Shown: in pieces, positions 43,385 through 55,359 of the stretch
Numbering within the stretch: position 1 is the stretch's first letter
How the letters are laid out: each line of letters starts with the position of its first letter
Origin: Octopus vulgaris
Taxonomy: Eukaryota
Direction of reading: 5' to 3'
Assembly (NCBI GenBank): GCA_951406725.2
Contig: OX597830.1
Coordinates: forward strand, 67,456,001-67,520,000
Length of the DNA stretch: 64,000 nucleotides
The notes under the pieces: generated by a model
Databases searched by the model: none
Seen by the model: only the letters and a program-made list of their open reading frames with translations
Told to the model about the DNA's origin: nothing
Program-made: the position numbers and the translations under genes

Positions 43385-44360
43385 ATCATCCTCATCATCA
43401 TTATCATGATCGCTTAACGTTCGCTTTCCATGCTGGCATGTGTTGGATGGTTTGACTGAGGACTGGCAAGCCAGTAGGCTGCACCAGGCTCCAATCTGAT
43501 CTGGCAAGCTTTCTACAGCTGGATGCCCTTCCTAACACCTACCACGCCGAAAGGATAGTGGGTGATTTTTGCATGTCACCGATACGGGAGCCAGTCAGGG
43601 ACATTGGAATCGAACACGTTCAGATAGTGCTTTTTACGTGCCACTGGCATGGGAACCAGTCAAGGGGCACTGGCATCGACCACATTCGGATGGCACCTTT
43701 TACGTGCCATCGGCACGGGAGCCAGTCAGGAGGCATTGGCATAGACCGCGTTCGCATGGTGCTTTTTACGTGCCAACGGCGCAAGGAGCCAGTCAGACGG
43801 CACTAGCATCGACCCACGCTCGAATGGTGTTTATTACGTACCACCAGTACAGGTCTCAGTCAGGTGGCACTGGCTACGACTACGATTTCGACTTCACTTG
43901 ACTCAAAAGGTCTTCTCAAGCGCATCATATCGCCCGACGATCCAAGGGTACTTTTAAATGGCCCGGTTATGCAACAGTGGCATCTGCCATGGCTTCAATC
44001 TCACTTTACTTGCCGGATCTTCTCAAGCATATCATATATCCAAAGGTCTCGGTCTCTTGTCATTGCCTGTGAGCCCCAACGTTCGAAGGTCATGCTTCGC
44101 CAACTCATCCCATGTCTTCCTGGGTCTACATCTTCTACAGATTCCTTCCACTGTTAGGCTGTGACACTTCTTCACACAGCTGTTCTCGTCCATATGCAAC
44201 ACATGACCATACCAGCGCAGTCATCCCTCTTGCACACCACATCTGATGCTTCTTATGTCCAACTCCTCTTGCAGGAAACTTTCACTCTGTCGTGTATGCA
44301 CACTGACATTACACATCCAGCAGATCATGCTAACTGCATTTCTTTCAAGCCTACGCAGCT
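43385..44360 (-). mobile_element. RTE-like LINE 3' end with ~62-bp tandem repeats
   Basis: Reverse complement of the 9080-9945 family. Confidence 0.88.
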
Positions 44361-44369
44361 TTCATTACC

Positions 44370-45300
44370 ATATCTATAGGTTTTAGTTGCTGTTGCAACT
44401 GCACCATAGAGGTCTTGACATTTTTTCTCCATTTTCTTATCCATTACTAGTTGACACGCAAGAATAAGAGAGTAATCTTTTTCTTCAATTTTATCTGCAT
44501 CATGTCTTAGATTTATAATCCTGTGGCATTCTTCTGCTACTGCCTGTTGAGTTAATATTTGGTCCTATTCCAATTTCGTTAATATCTGGAACGTATATCT
44601 GCATGTTTGCTTGCAGTAAATCCTTGAACAAAATTTAGACATTTGAACATATCCGGAGTTAATTCCTTTAGGCTGAATTTTTCATACACTCTGTTAACAA
44701 CTCCAGAATAGATGACGAAATCATCTTTTATGACAAAATTCAAACATTGCCAGCGAGTACTGAACAGGGGACTTCTTTCGGTGAAAATGTTCGATAAAAA
44801 ATTGTTTCATTGAAACAAATCTCACTTGGCTTCTCTGACAGAATATAATTACTATATTTTTCATTTCGGCAGGGGATAACTTTCTTAAAAGTAGCCATAC
44901 TTTTTTCATCAATCCAATTTTTACATTCTTCTTTGAAGATTTCTTCATATCTTCGAAAACATGCAGAGAAAGCAATCATTTTTCCTGGTTCGTAACTGAA
45001 TTCTTCATTTGTGTTTGCTACACTGTCTGGCGTGTACAAACCTCAAGTATTTTCAGACTTCTTCAACATTAATTCCAGCAGCTGTTGGTTTTGTTGTTGT
45101 TGCTGTTTAGTTACTGTTGTTGCTGTTGCAACTGCAACATAGAGGTCAATAAGTCTTCCATGCTAAAACGATTTTTTCTTTGGTTTTGTACCATAAAAAA
45201 TTTTAAGCATCCAAAGCAAGCTTCGAACAACTCGTCGTCACTTTTATTTCCTGGCTTTGAATATATAATTTAATGAGGCAGGGGGAAAGAAATATTTACA
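44370..45300 (-). mobile_element. Ty3/Gypsy gag fragment
   Basis: EFSYEP....FSA.FRRYEEIF...C.NW.DEK..LLLRKL....KYSNYIL...P.EI.F.ET; SLF.TRWQCL in a shifted frame. Confidence 0.7.
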
Positions 45301-46724
45301 TGACGCAATTCGATTACTATTACACGAGGCTCGACGCTCTCAATCAACAGCTTACAGTGACTTGCTTCTATGAACTCATCAGTTGTCTATTTAATAGAAA
45401 TGTGTCAGTCTACTTTTAGTCGCATGGAGATGGTTGGAAACCTTCCACAACAGAAGAGATAGATTAACTGTAGATTGAGTAATATACGAGATAAATTAAT
45501 TTAATTCAGGGAGAAATTAATGTTGTCATGTGTGTATTTGCAAAAAATACGTATTTATACAAATGTGAACGGAACCTGAGGAAAAGGAAGTAAAGACGTG
45601 TGACAAAAGACGGGAAAATGACCTTCAGAGATAATGAGTTTCACAGAGGAGATTGGCAAAAAAACTGAAATGTTTGGTAATATGGGGTTGAGAAGATCAG
45701 TCCATCTGGGTGAAATTGGGATAAAATTGAGGCCTTAAAGTGATGTTGTTTATGTCTATACCTCTGCATATGATCTGTGTCCCTGATGAATCTCTCCCCT
45801 GCAAAATATCTTCCTATACCCCACTCTCTCTCTATCCATGTTCACCTCCCACTGTATTTCCTGCCTCTCCATCTTCTACTCACCTTTCACACTCTCACAC
45901 ACCTACCTACTCACCCTGTCCAGTCCTCCGTACCACTTCCCATATATACACCTCCCTGTAATTTGAGGGAATACCCCAACACATCCTCACCCACTTCTCC
46001 TCTCTGTTTCCACCAGGGGTAGCCATATATCTCCTCTTCTGCAACATACCTGTTTCTGGTTCTTTATTCATACTCTAACTTATCACCTGGCACAAAGCCA
46101 CCTCACTCAATATCAATCACTCCCCCTCAGTTGAAGTGTCTTCTTTTCAAGTTACTCGGTCACCTCCCTGGTGTTGGGGCCACATAAAAAGCATCCAGTA
46201 AACTCTGTAAAGTGGTTGGTATTAAGAGCATTCAGCAGTATAAACCATGCCAAAGCAAATAGTAGAGCTTGGCATGGTCTTCTGGCTTGCAGTTCCTCTC
46301 AAACCATCCAACCCATACCAGCATGGAGGGAGGACATTAAATTATGTTGGTATAGACGACGACGATGTTGATGATGGTGATTATGATACTAATTTATGTT
46401 TTCTAAAACCTGCTGCTAAAATTTAGTTTAGTCTAGTTATACTTTATACATTAGTCAAATATATTTCATAATATTTTACACCTAAATCAAGTTATACTTT
46501 ATATCTGAATCGGAGATGTTGTGCACCTTAATCAAGTATTCATTACACCTTGATCATGTTATACTTCATGCTTTAAAAGGTATATATTTTTAATTAAATC
46601 ACGTATGTTTTTCATTCAGTAATCGGGTGTATGTTTTACCCTAATCAGGTTTATTTTATAAATTAACCAGATATATTTTGTATATTAATTGAGTTATATT
46701 TTTCTGTATATACTTTCCTGACAG

Positions 46725-46828
46725 ATGTCAAGATTCCAGCTGTTGCAGTAATGGTTGGAGAGGAACTTGAAACTCTGAAGTCAGCCTATGATTCACTATC
46801 TCGCAACATCCCTGTTATAATAGTAAAG
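46725..46828 (+). CDS. TRPM: TRPM-like exon, module 2: (N)VKIPAVAVMVGEELETLKSAYDSLSRNIPVIIVK
   Basis: Paralog of 1787-1890 with the same splice sites (gacag|, aag|gtcagt). Confidence 0.9.
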
Positions 46829-46971
46829 GTCAGTAAATAGACTATTATCTAAATAAGGTTACTGGAAGTTTATTCCATTTATAATGTTTACATATCTAAA
46901 GACGTTTGTGGTTAGGAAAAATAAACGGAAGAACTATGTATTTTGTTGGTGCAGAATTTTATACAAATATC

Positions 46972-48060
46972 TAAGCTGAATAAAAAGTAAGCAACGCTTT
47001 GAAACATGAAATTCACGACAATATAGTTCAACAACGGGGAAATTTAAGTACCATTACAATCAACACATTTTACCAATGACTTACAAGTTTATTTATTCTG
47101 ATAACATAAAAAAAAATTTAGAGATGATGAACTCTTTGAAAGCATTTACAACATCGGTTTGATTTTGGAACTCCTTCTTTCGTATGAAATCATCAAGGTA
47201 TTTGAAAAAGTGGCAGTCGGTTGAAGAAAGGTCTGGGGAATAAGCTGGCTGGGGAAGAACTTTGTAGCCATGTTTCCTTAACTTCTGGAGCATCATTAGT
47301 GAAAAGTCTGATCGATCATTGCCATGAAGAATGACTGGCCCTCTTCTGCTGACCAGTCTGGGATGGATGAGTAGCAGTTTTTCATTCATTTTGGAAATTT
47401 CATGGCAATATGTTTCTGCAGTAATAGTTTTTCTAGGTTTGAGGAAGTTATGGTGGATGAGTCCAGCAGTACACCACCAAACAATTACCGTAGCCATCTT
47501 TTTGAAGAGCTTGGGTTTAGGGAAGGCTTTCAGTGCTCTATTTTAGTCCAGTCACTGCGAAGAACGTTTTTTATTATTGTACAGAATCCACTTTTCAAAG
47601 TTAAAAAATGGTCGAAAATGAAGCCGTTTGGTTACGGAGAAGAAGCGACAAACAAATTCAATAGCTGTGCATTTTCTGATTTTCATTCAAATTGTGTGGC
47701 ACCCATTTGCTGAGCTTCATTGATTTTCCAATCGCATGCAAATGGTTGCTGGTAGTTTCCTGGCTAACTTGAAGTTCTTTTGCCAGTTCTCGAGTGGCTT
47801 TTACGTATCTTTCTCAATGACAGTCATTAATTGAGTGTTATCGATGACAGATGGGCGTCCACTATGCTCACGATTTTCAAGGCTCAGATTTCCACTGCGA
47901 GTTCGTTTAAACCCTTTTCAAGCTGACCTCTATATTTGCCATTTCTTCACCAAATGTTTCGTTGTCATCGTGAACAGTTTCAGCTGCTTTACGTCTTTTT
48001 TTTTATGATGAATAACAAACTTGCTTGAATATCGCGTTTTGACAATTACATTTCAGTTGA
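46972..48060 (-). mobile_element. Mariner transposase pseudogene
   Basis: VWWCTAGLIHHNFLKP..TITAETYC, ILHGN.R, PAYSPDLSSTDCHFF. Confidence 0.9.
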
Positions 48061-48064
48061 TTGT

Positions 48065-49265
48065 AACATTTTCTTTATTGCCCACAGGGGGCCAAACATA
48101 GAGGGGACGATACAAATGACAGAGGGGTCGATAAAACGAATGTTTTTTCAAAAAATTTTAATAGTTAAAAATTTAAGTTAAAGATTTCGTTTCGACCCCG
48201 CAAGCCCTATGCCACCACTGTAACCTTTCGTATAACCTTATAGATATACTATGCGGATTCATTCCTTCTCAACAAACTCCTTCTCAACAAACAGGTGGTA
48301 AATGAGGACATTAACCAGTCCAAGGCTGGAGAGGAAGATGCCAGTCATGATTCCTTTCACGTGGGTCTTCCATACCACTTCTTTCGCTATAGTGACCACA
48401 GTGAGAAAACAAACCTTACCTTGTTTTAAAAGATGAAGGACGAACATTCTTTACAATCGATTCAGAAGACAGTTGTACTCTTCTCAGCCTTCACAGCAGG
48501 TGTTCAACGTAAACCCATATTTCGGAAATTTTGGGGCATTGCATAATTGCATGCAGAATGGTTTCCCTGTCCTGCTCGCATCTTGATCACATGGGTGAAC
48601 AAGGGACATCATATCTTGCGTGTTTATCAGGAAATGGTAAGGCTCCTCGGTAACTGCCATGCCAGGCCAGGGGTCCTTGGAAGTTACCCAAGGGTCCTGG
48701 CCCGATTGTCCTTCGGAACAGGCCGGCTAGTTGACCATTATCAAAGCCTAGAGTCTTGTCCAGGATGTCGTCACACTGATCCTCTACCAACCCTCTATAG
48801 AAAGATGAGGTGGAATTCCCGACACTGGCATTGCTCGTGTGACAGAGAAGCTTGAGTGTCTCACGACACTCCGCTTGCCATGCACCCCACTTAATCCAAG
48901 GCCCTAGTTCACTCAAACTAGTAAGCTCAGGAAGTAACGACCGAATGAATGAAGACCGCGCTTGTTCACCATCAAGGTAGAGCCACAGATGTCTCAGTGC
49001 ATGTCTGCGCATCAATAGCTAAGGCCTAGCCCACCCTTTAGCAGGTACTGGCAGCAGACAGAGCGCTTTACAAGAGGACTTCTACCCTCCCACAAAAAGT
49101 GGAAAAGCAGCCTCGAATGGGGGCACGGCACGACGGTTAGGCGGTAGGTAATCCCAGGGGTGATAAACACTCCAGCAACTTCCGCCCTTCCTTTTAGTGA
49201 TACCCACCGCTCAGACCAGGTCTGAGTTCGATGGATCACCCTGCTTGTCACCTCACACCAATTCT
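48065..49265 (-). mobile_element. L1/Tx1-like LINE 3' part
   Basis: WSERWVSLKGRAEV, LF.FLW.G..P.V.R..C......GGLG, C-terminal C.RC.Q..ET..HA..QC knuckle. Confidence 0.8.
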
Positions 49266-49644
49266 TCCTTTGTCGATATCTTTATTTTATATTCTACTAC
49301 TGACATTTATTGTGTTCTTTGTCGATAAATTTACTTTATATTGTCACATATCATCTCTAAAGAATTGTTTCTAGAACAATTTAGTTCCATCTCATACAAA
49401 AACAACAGTTGACTCTATCTATTTTACTCTTGTTTCCACAACCTAGGCCTGATGGTGTCACTGTATATCATCCCTGGATGCGTTACAGCTAAGTTCACAT
49501 TAAATTCATAAAGGAGACATCTTTATTGGTTGTATGTGTGTATTGTTTAGAATTTCTCAAAATATTTGTTCAATACTAAATTACTAAATTAAATCCAAGA
49601 TTTAATTTTAATGAATTCTTTAAATTTTTCCTTTTAATTAACAG

Positions 49645-49730
49645 GGTTCTGGTAAAGCAGCAGACATTATGGCAGATGTTTATGAAGCACTACTCAAGAA
49701 AGATGAAGAGGGCAAAGACATAACTGAAAG
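49645..49730 (+). CDS. TRPM: TRPM-like exon, module 2: GSGKAADIMADVYEALLKKDEEGKDITE(R)
   Basis: Paralog of 10100-10188; taacag| acceptor, ag|gtttgt donor. Confidence 0.9.
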
Positions 49731-50048
49731 GTTTGTTCTTAATTTGGATAGAATGATAATTTTGTTCATTTGGATGGAATGATAATTTTGTTATTGCTGT
49801 TGTTTTTTCTGTTTCTGTTGTTATTAAAATGTGGTCTTTTGGCACGTATTAGTCCTCATAAAAAGAAACCCTGAATATAAGTAATCCAGCCTTTACTATC
49901 TTGTGTATCTAACAACACAACCTTATCCTGCAGTATCTGTCTCCATTTAAGCTGAAGGGGTGTGATTAGAGAGGGATATAACTTATATTTTTGATAGGTT
50001 GAGTGACAAGGTAATTTGCTCCCACATTGGCTTGCAACTCACCTATTA

Positions 50049-50298
50049 TTAGGTTGGTGCATTATTATTGTGGCTTTTTTCAATAAATTTTATTTAACAA
50101 AAACAATAAAAACATTTAACAAATAACATCTTTAAATGATTATTCCACCGGCTGCCAAGCAAATGGGAAGCAGTAATTGAAGTAGATGGTGAATATGCTC
50201 TGGAATAATCATTTAAAGATGTTTTTGTTAAATGTTGTTATTGTTTTTGTTGAATAAAATTCATTGAAAAAAGCCGCAATAATTATGCACCAACTTAA
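50049..50298. mobile_element. Tc1/mariner-type MITE with ~100-bp TIRs and TA target duplication
   Basis: ta|ttaggttggtgca...tgcaccaacttaa|ta; absent from the paralogous intron near 10494. Confidence 0.92.
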
Positions 50299-51242
50299 TA
50301 CTACAGTTGATAGTTTGATTTTAGAGCTGGTATTCATAGCTTTGAGGATATTCATAGCTTTGACTGAAACTGATGACTCATCAGATTTCTGTTACACAAT
50401 ACTCAAATTTAAGGCAGTATGACATGACACTGCTAATAATCAAGGCTCCATATTTGCTGGGGAATGATAGTGGATAAAGTTGAGGACATGCCTGGAGGTG
50501 TTTGGATTTCTTCTCTATTTCTTTTTCTATCCAATTTAAGGGATCAGATCAAGCAGTATCATGACTTACCCTTATGAAACAACACTAAAGCATATTGATA
50601 GAACTGGTTAATATGAATTAATCTGGTATGGGTTTAACCAATTCTGGGCCCACTGTCTCTGGTTGTTAACTTAATTCAAACACTGAAGTACTGGTTGTGG
50701 TTCAACAGGACCACTTGGTCCTTCATAAACTTTAACAGAATCCACAACATTGCATTTTCAATTCATGGCATCACTATTTACTAAGAGATTGATGCTAAAT
50801 GGTTCTCCTAAAGAGGCCTACCACCATATATGACAGAAATACTCTGAATAACATCTGTAGAGATAACTTCTATTTCTTGTCAGGCCTACCCACACTATAA
50901 CTTTCAAGTTAACTATTTACAGGATCCAAGAATTGATTAACAACAACCCATGAGTTGGGGTTTATCCAAGAATTTCCCTCACCAATCTTCGATATCCTGT
51001 AAAGATTATGTGTTGTGCTCTTCCTCCTTTAATCAAGCTCCATTCCATCAAGAGGAACGTCCATCAGCTAACATCATTCATCATCTGTGTCACTAACAGA
51101 GTAACCTGGCTAACATTAATTCTAGTTAACATATCTTGCTAGTGACATCAGTGTAGACCTTATATTATTCTCTAAATGTAATTTTCCTTGAATCACCATT
51201 ACAAGTTTTATATAATATTTTTTGAAACAACTTTTTTCCTAG

Positions 51243-51415
51243 ATCAATGCTAAGGCAACTGAAAGCTGATATTGAAAATCAACTGGGAGCAAATGATGTG
51301 CATGACTTGGTTGATTGTGTGTTTGATTCCATGGGACATCTAGATTTGATAACTGTATGTAATATACAATCACCAGAAGACTTTGATGTCGCAATCATGA
51401 AAGCTGTGTTCAAAG
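51243..51415 (+). CDS. TRPM: TRPM-like exon, module 2: SMLRQLKADIENQLGANDVHDLVDCVFDSMGHLDLITVCNIQSPEDFDVAIMKAVFK
   Basis: Paralog of 11493-11662; ttttttcctag| acceptor, g|gtaaga donor. Confidence 0.88.
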
Positions 51416-52534
51416 GTAAGAAATAATTTTAAAATTGAATTTTCGTTCTTTTCTTTTTCACATTTTCCAGTGAGTTTGACTTTCATTGAATATGTTCCTA
51501 ACTTAGATTAATTATTATTAATTAAACCAATTATTAGACATGCCAAAAAGTTAAGAGCTATTTTTAGCATAAAATATTAAAAATCTAAATTAGGGTGAAA
51601 TGTACAAGGAAAGAATAATAGTTAATGACTAATGTTATTATTTTTATATCTTTCACCAAGTTTTTGGATGTTAATCTTGGAATGTTGAAGCTTAATTGAG
51701 CTTCATCAATAAGAAATCATATGGCTGTATTAATAAATTTTCTGGAGAAGTTTCTGGAATGTGAGGGAATGGTATGTTATCATTAGCATTGTACTTTGTC
51801 TGTGATGAAGACCTTTAACTCACAAATTCCCCTTTTCTATATTACTGTAAATAGGCACTAAATAGTAAAAGGAGTATACTTCTGAAATTGTTAACCCAAT
51901 GAATATTTTCCAGAAGAAATTGTCATTTAAATGATATACAAACTAGAGATAAGATGGGGTCTAGAGTCGGAACAACAGAAGCTTATGGAAAGGTGACTGT
52001 TACTGCTCTTTAGTAATAGCATCAAACTCACTGGTTTTATGAGACTTTGTGAAGACTGTGGAAATATAATAGTTAGATGTTAAAATATTAAGTATTAATT
52101 ATGGAATAATTATGAATTAACTGCTAATATATTCAACATTTAATCACATCAGTTATTACAAAAAGCAATTTGCAGCAAAACATATTGCACTTTTTCCCCT
52201 CAAAATGGTTTTCATAATATCTAAGTAGCATTGCTGTGTCGCCAAAAATTCAGACAGTTTTATTAATTATCGAAAATGGCACAACAACAAAATAGGAGAA
52301 CCCATTGCAAAATTTAAGGGATCTAATAAACAAATGTACATTCACAGACTTGAAGTTCTTGAAGAATCAGATACGGTTGTACTGTCATTTTGGAAGATAT
52401 GGTCCACAATATGTGTATTTCTGTATGTGTGCATGTGTATGTGTGTGTGAGTGTACACATATACACTCACACAAACACACATACATACAAACACACACAC
52501 ATGCATATATACATATTTATGCATGTACACACAT

Positions 52535-53117
52535 CTATGATCTTCGAAGCCTCGCAGAAGCAATGACTAGTGACTGAGACCTTCGGTGATATGCTGTGCT
52601 TGAGATGACTCGACAAGCCAAGGGAATTCCCAGTTGTGGCCGTTGATGGTGTCATGTAAATTGCACCCATGAAATTGTTATCGTGGCCGTTGCCAATAGC
52701 ATGATCTTCGTATGTCAAACCTCACAGAAATAAAGGAGTCAGTAATGAAGCATGGGCCTCAGGGAGGCGTGGACAAGCAACCTACAACATGGCGATATGC
52801 TGTGCTTAAGAAAACTCATCAAACCAACTGAATCAGTAGTCATGGCCTTTGCCAGTGTTATGTAAATGGCACCTGTAAAATCGTAGTCATGGCCGTTACC
52901 GGTGTCGAGTACATCACACCCGTCCTAGTGACATGCAAAACGCACCCATTACACTCTTGGAGTGGTTAGCATTAGGAAGAGCATCCAGCTGTGGAAACCA
53001 TTCCAAATAAAACAGGAAGCTGCTACAGATCTCTGGCTTACCAGTTGCAGTAAAATCGTCTAACCCATGCCAGCATGGAAAGTGAACATTAGATGATGAT
53101 GATGATGATGATGATGA
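52535..53117 (+). mobile_element. RTE-like LINE 3' end with (gat)n tail
   Basis: Matches the 9330-9945 family. Confidence 0.8.
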
Positions 53118-53124
53118 TATACAC

Positions 53125-53172
<48 letters not shown>

Positions 53173-53199
53173 CAAAGGAATTCCAACTCTGTCTGTTTT

Positions 53200-54320
53200 T
53201 TACGTTTTACTTATATTCTTTATAATATTAATGTAGAATATAGAATACATAGTATAAATAGTATATATAGTAAAATGAAATGAAGTATTGATTGTCTTAT
53301 TGAATAGATGAAATACTGAACATCAAATATTAAGGGACTAGTATACTTTCTTGCATTTAAGCAGTTTTCAAGGTCCCAGGTTGTGACAGGAATGTTTCAA
53401 CTGTACTTGACTGTCTGTCTTTTGTTCTTTATATACGTTCCTGTGGACAGCAGTAGTAGTTGCTTGGCTATTTTTAGAGATGATGCCAAACCATTTTTCA
53501 GTGTTTATTCTTAGAAATGATGACAGCAGAACTTTTTAGGGATTTTTATTTTTTAGGTATAGGGATAAGATTTTTAAACCTTAAATAAGATTAATTTAAT
53601 CCTTGTTTATTAAGCTTCGGTTTGAATTTATTAATTTTCTCTCAGTTTTCTCTCGATTTTGTTCAGATTGTATAGTTTATGAAATGGAAATATCCTAAAT
53701 GTTTTCCGACCACATGTTGCCAGATGGTTACTCAGTGGTATCTGACGGACTTCTGGATTTTTAATTTGTTGTCGATGCATACGCGAGCGTTCTGATAGTG
53801 CATTGCCTGTCTGGCCAACGTACAGTTCTTCACAATTTGGGCATTTGATGCAGTAGATTAAATTTCTGCTTTTGCAGTTCATGTTCACGTTTGTGAATAT
53901 TTTCCCTGCTTTTGTGTTCATACATGGGCCAGTATGAATTAATTGGCATGTACCACATCAGCTATCATTGCATTTAGACACAGTGAATGGTTGATCTTTG
54001 TTGCTAAGGTCAAACCTTGCCTTAGTTAATAACTTTTTCAAGCTTTTAGGCTGTCTCTTGCTGAGAGTTATAGTTTGATCTGTAATGATATTTCTCAATT
54101 CCTTACTTTATGCAATGATTGGTAGGTTTGCTTTAGCGATATTGAAGATGTTCTGGCGGCATGGATTGTGTGTCACTATAAATGGTATGATTTGTTCTTG
54201 TTTTTCTCTTCTTTGTGGTGTCCTCAGTTGTTGTATGGGTATTTTCATAGCCTGCTGAATACCATTTTCTATAAGTAGTTTTGTTTGAGCAGAAATTCTT
54301 TCAGTTCCATCAGGCACTGA
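53200..54320 (-). mobile_element. Penelope-like element fragment (GIY-YIG endonuclease)
   Basis: NLIYCIKCPNCEELYVGQTG..LSER...HRQQI; IPF.VTHNP. Confidence 0.88.
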
Positions 54321-54364
54321 TTTTGAATATCGACTGATGGTTTATTTTAAAATCTATATTAAAG

Positions 54365-54459
54365 GAAGAAAAGAATTGAAAGAAGTCACGCTTACATCGA
54401 AGAGAAAAAGAATTGACAGTCTACTAAATAACGTATTTTCAGACAGAACTCAGTGGCAA
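54365..54459 (+). CDS. TRPM: TRPM-like exon, module 2 end (divergent): (G)RKELKEVTLTSKRKRIDSLLNNVFSDRTQWQ
   Basis: Same 95-nt length, phases and flanking intron as 15699-15793; weaker aag acceptor, caa|gtaaga donor. Confidence 0.7.
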
Positions 54460-54466
54460 GTAAGAT

Positions 54467-54500
<34 letters not shown>

Positions 54501-54711
54501 TTTATTATTTTATCAATTCATGTAATGAACCATTAATAAATTGATTTTAATTTCTCTTTCCTGAGAAGAAAAGTAAAATTACATAGGTAAAATATGTATT
54601 TTAAAGATTGTTTACTGAAAGTTTTTAAAATTTTATGCTTGTAAAATATTCATTGTTTGTTTTACTAACATTTTCACCAGTCTTTCCTCTCTCTTGCATT
54701 CTCTATGCGTC

Positions 54712-54779
<68 letters not shown>

Positions 54780-55297
54780 ATTATAAATTGTGCAAAGGTT
54801 ACAAAAATTACAACACAATGGCAGCGTAAAACAAAAACACAGAGTTGGTATAAGTTTGATGCTCAGTAAATGATGGAAAAAAGCAGTAAGAAGGAATAAT
54901 CTGTAATATTTCGATTATTGGCTCATCTTCTGAAAGATAGGAGAGACATGGAAATACCAAAAAGGAAAAGGTAAATTGGAGAAATTGAAACACACATGTA
55001 TCTAACTATCTCAGTATGATGGATAACTGGAATTAGTCTGGCATATGTGTGTGTATATGTGTGTGAGTATATATGTGCACTTTCTTGCTTGCTTCTATGT
55101 ATAGATAAGGCTATTGTGTACCTGTATATTCTCTGTGTGTGTATGTATGTTTATATCTGTTGATATGTTTGTGTATGAATAGTATGTAGAAATGTGTGAG
55201 GCGGGTGGTGTGTGTATGAAGAAGGGGTGGTAGGTAAATAAAGAGCATTGAGTACTAAGATGGAAGAAAAGTATGCACAAAAAATTAATTCCTATCG

Positions 55298-55347
<50 letters not shown>

Positions 55348-55359
55348 GAGTAAGGGTGC

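Noticed and set aside
47093-47497. SETMAR-like domesticated mariner gene
   Set aside because: Frameshifts, stops and a mutated catalytic Asp (HGN for HDN); ordinary dead transposon.
53631-53921. Stand-alone GIY-YIG nuclease (homing or defence system)
   Set aside because: Context and upstream motifs match a broken Penelope-like element.
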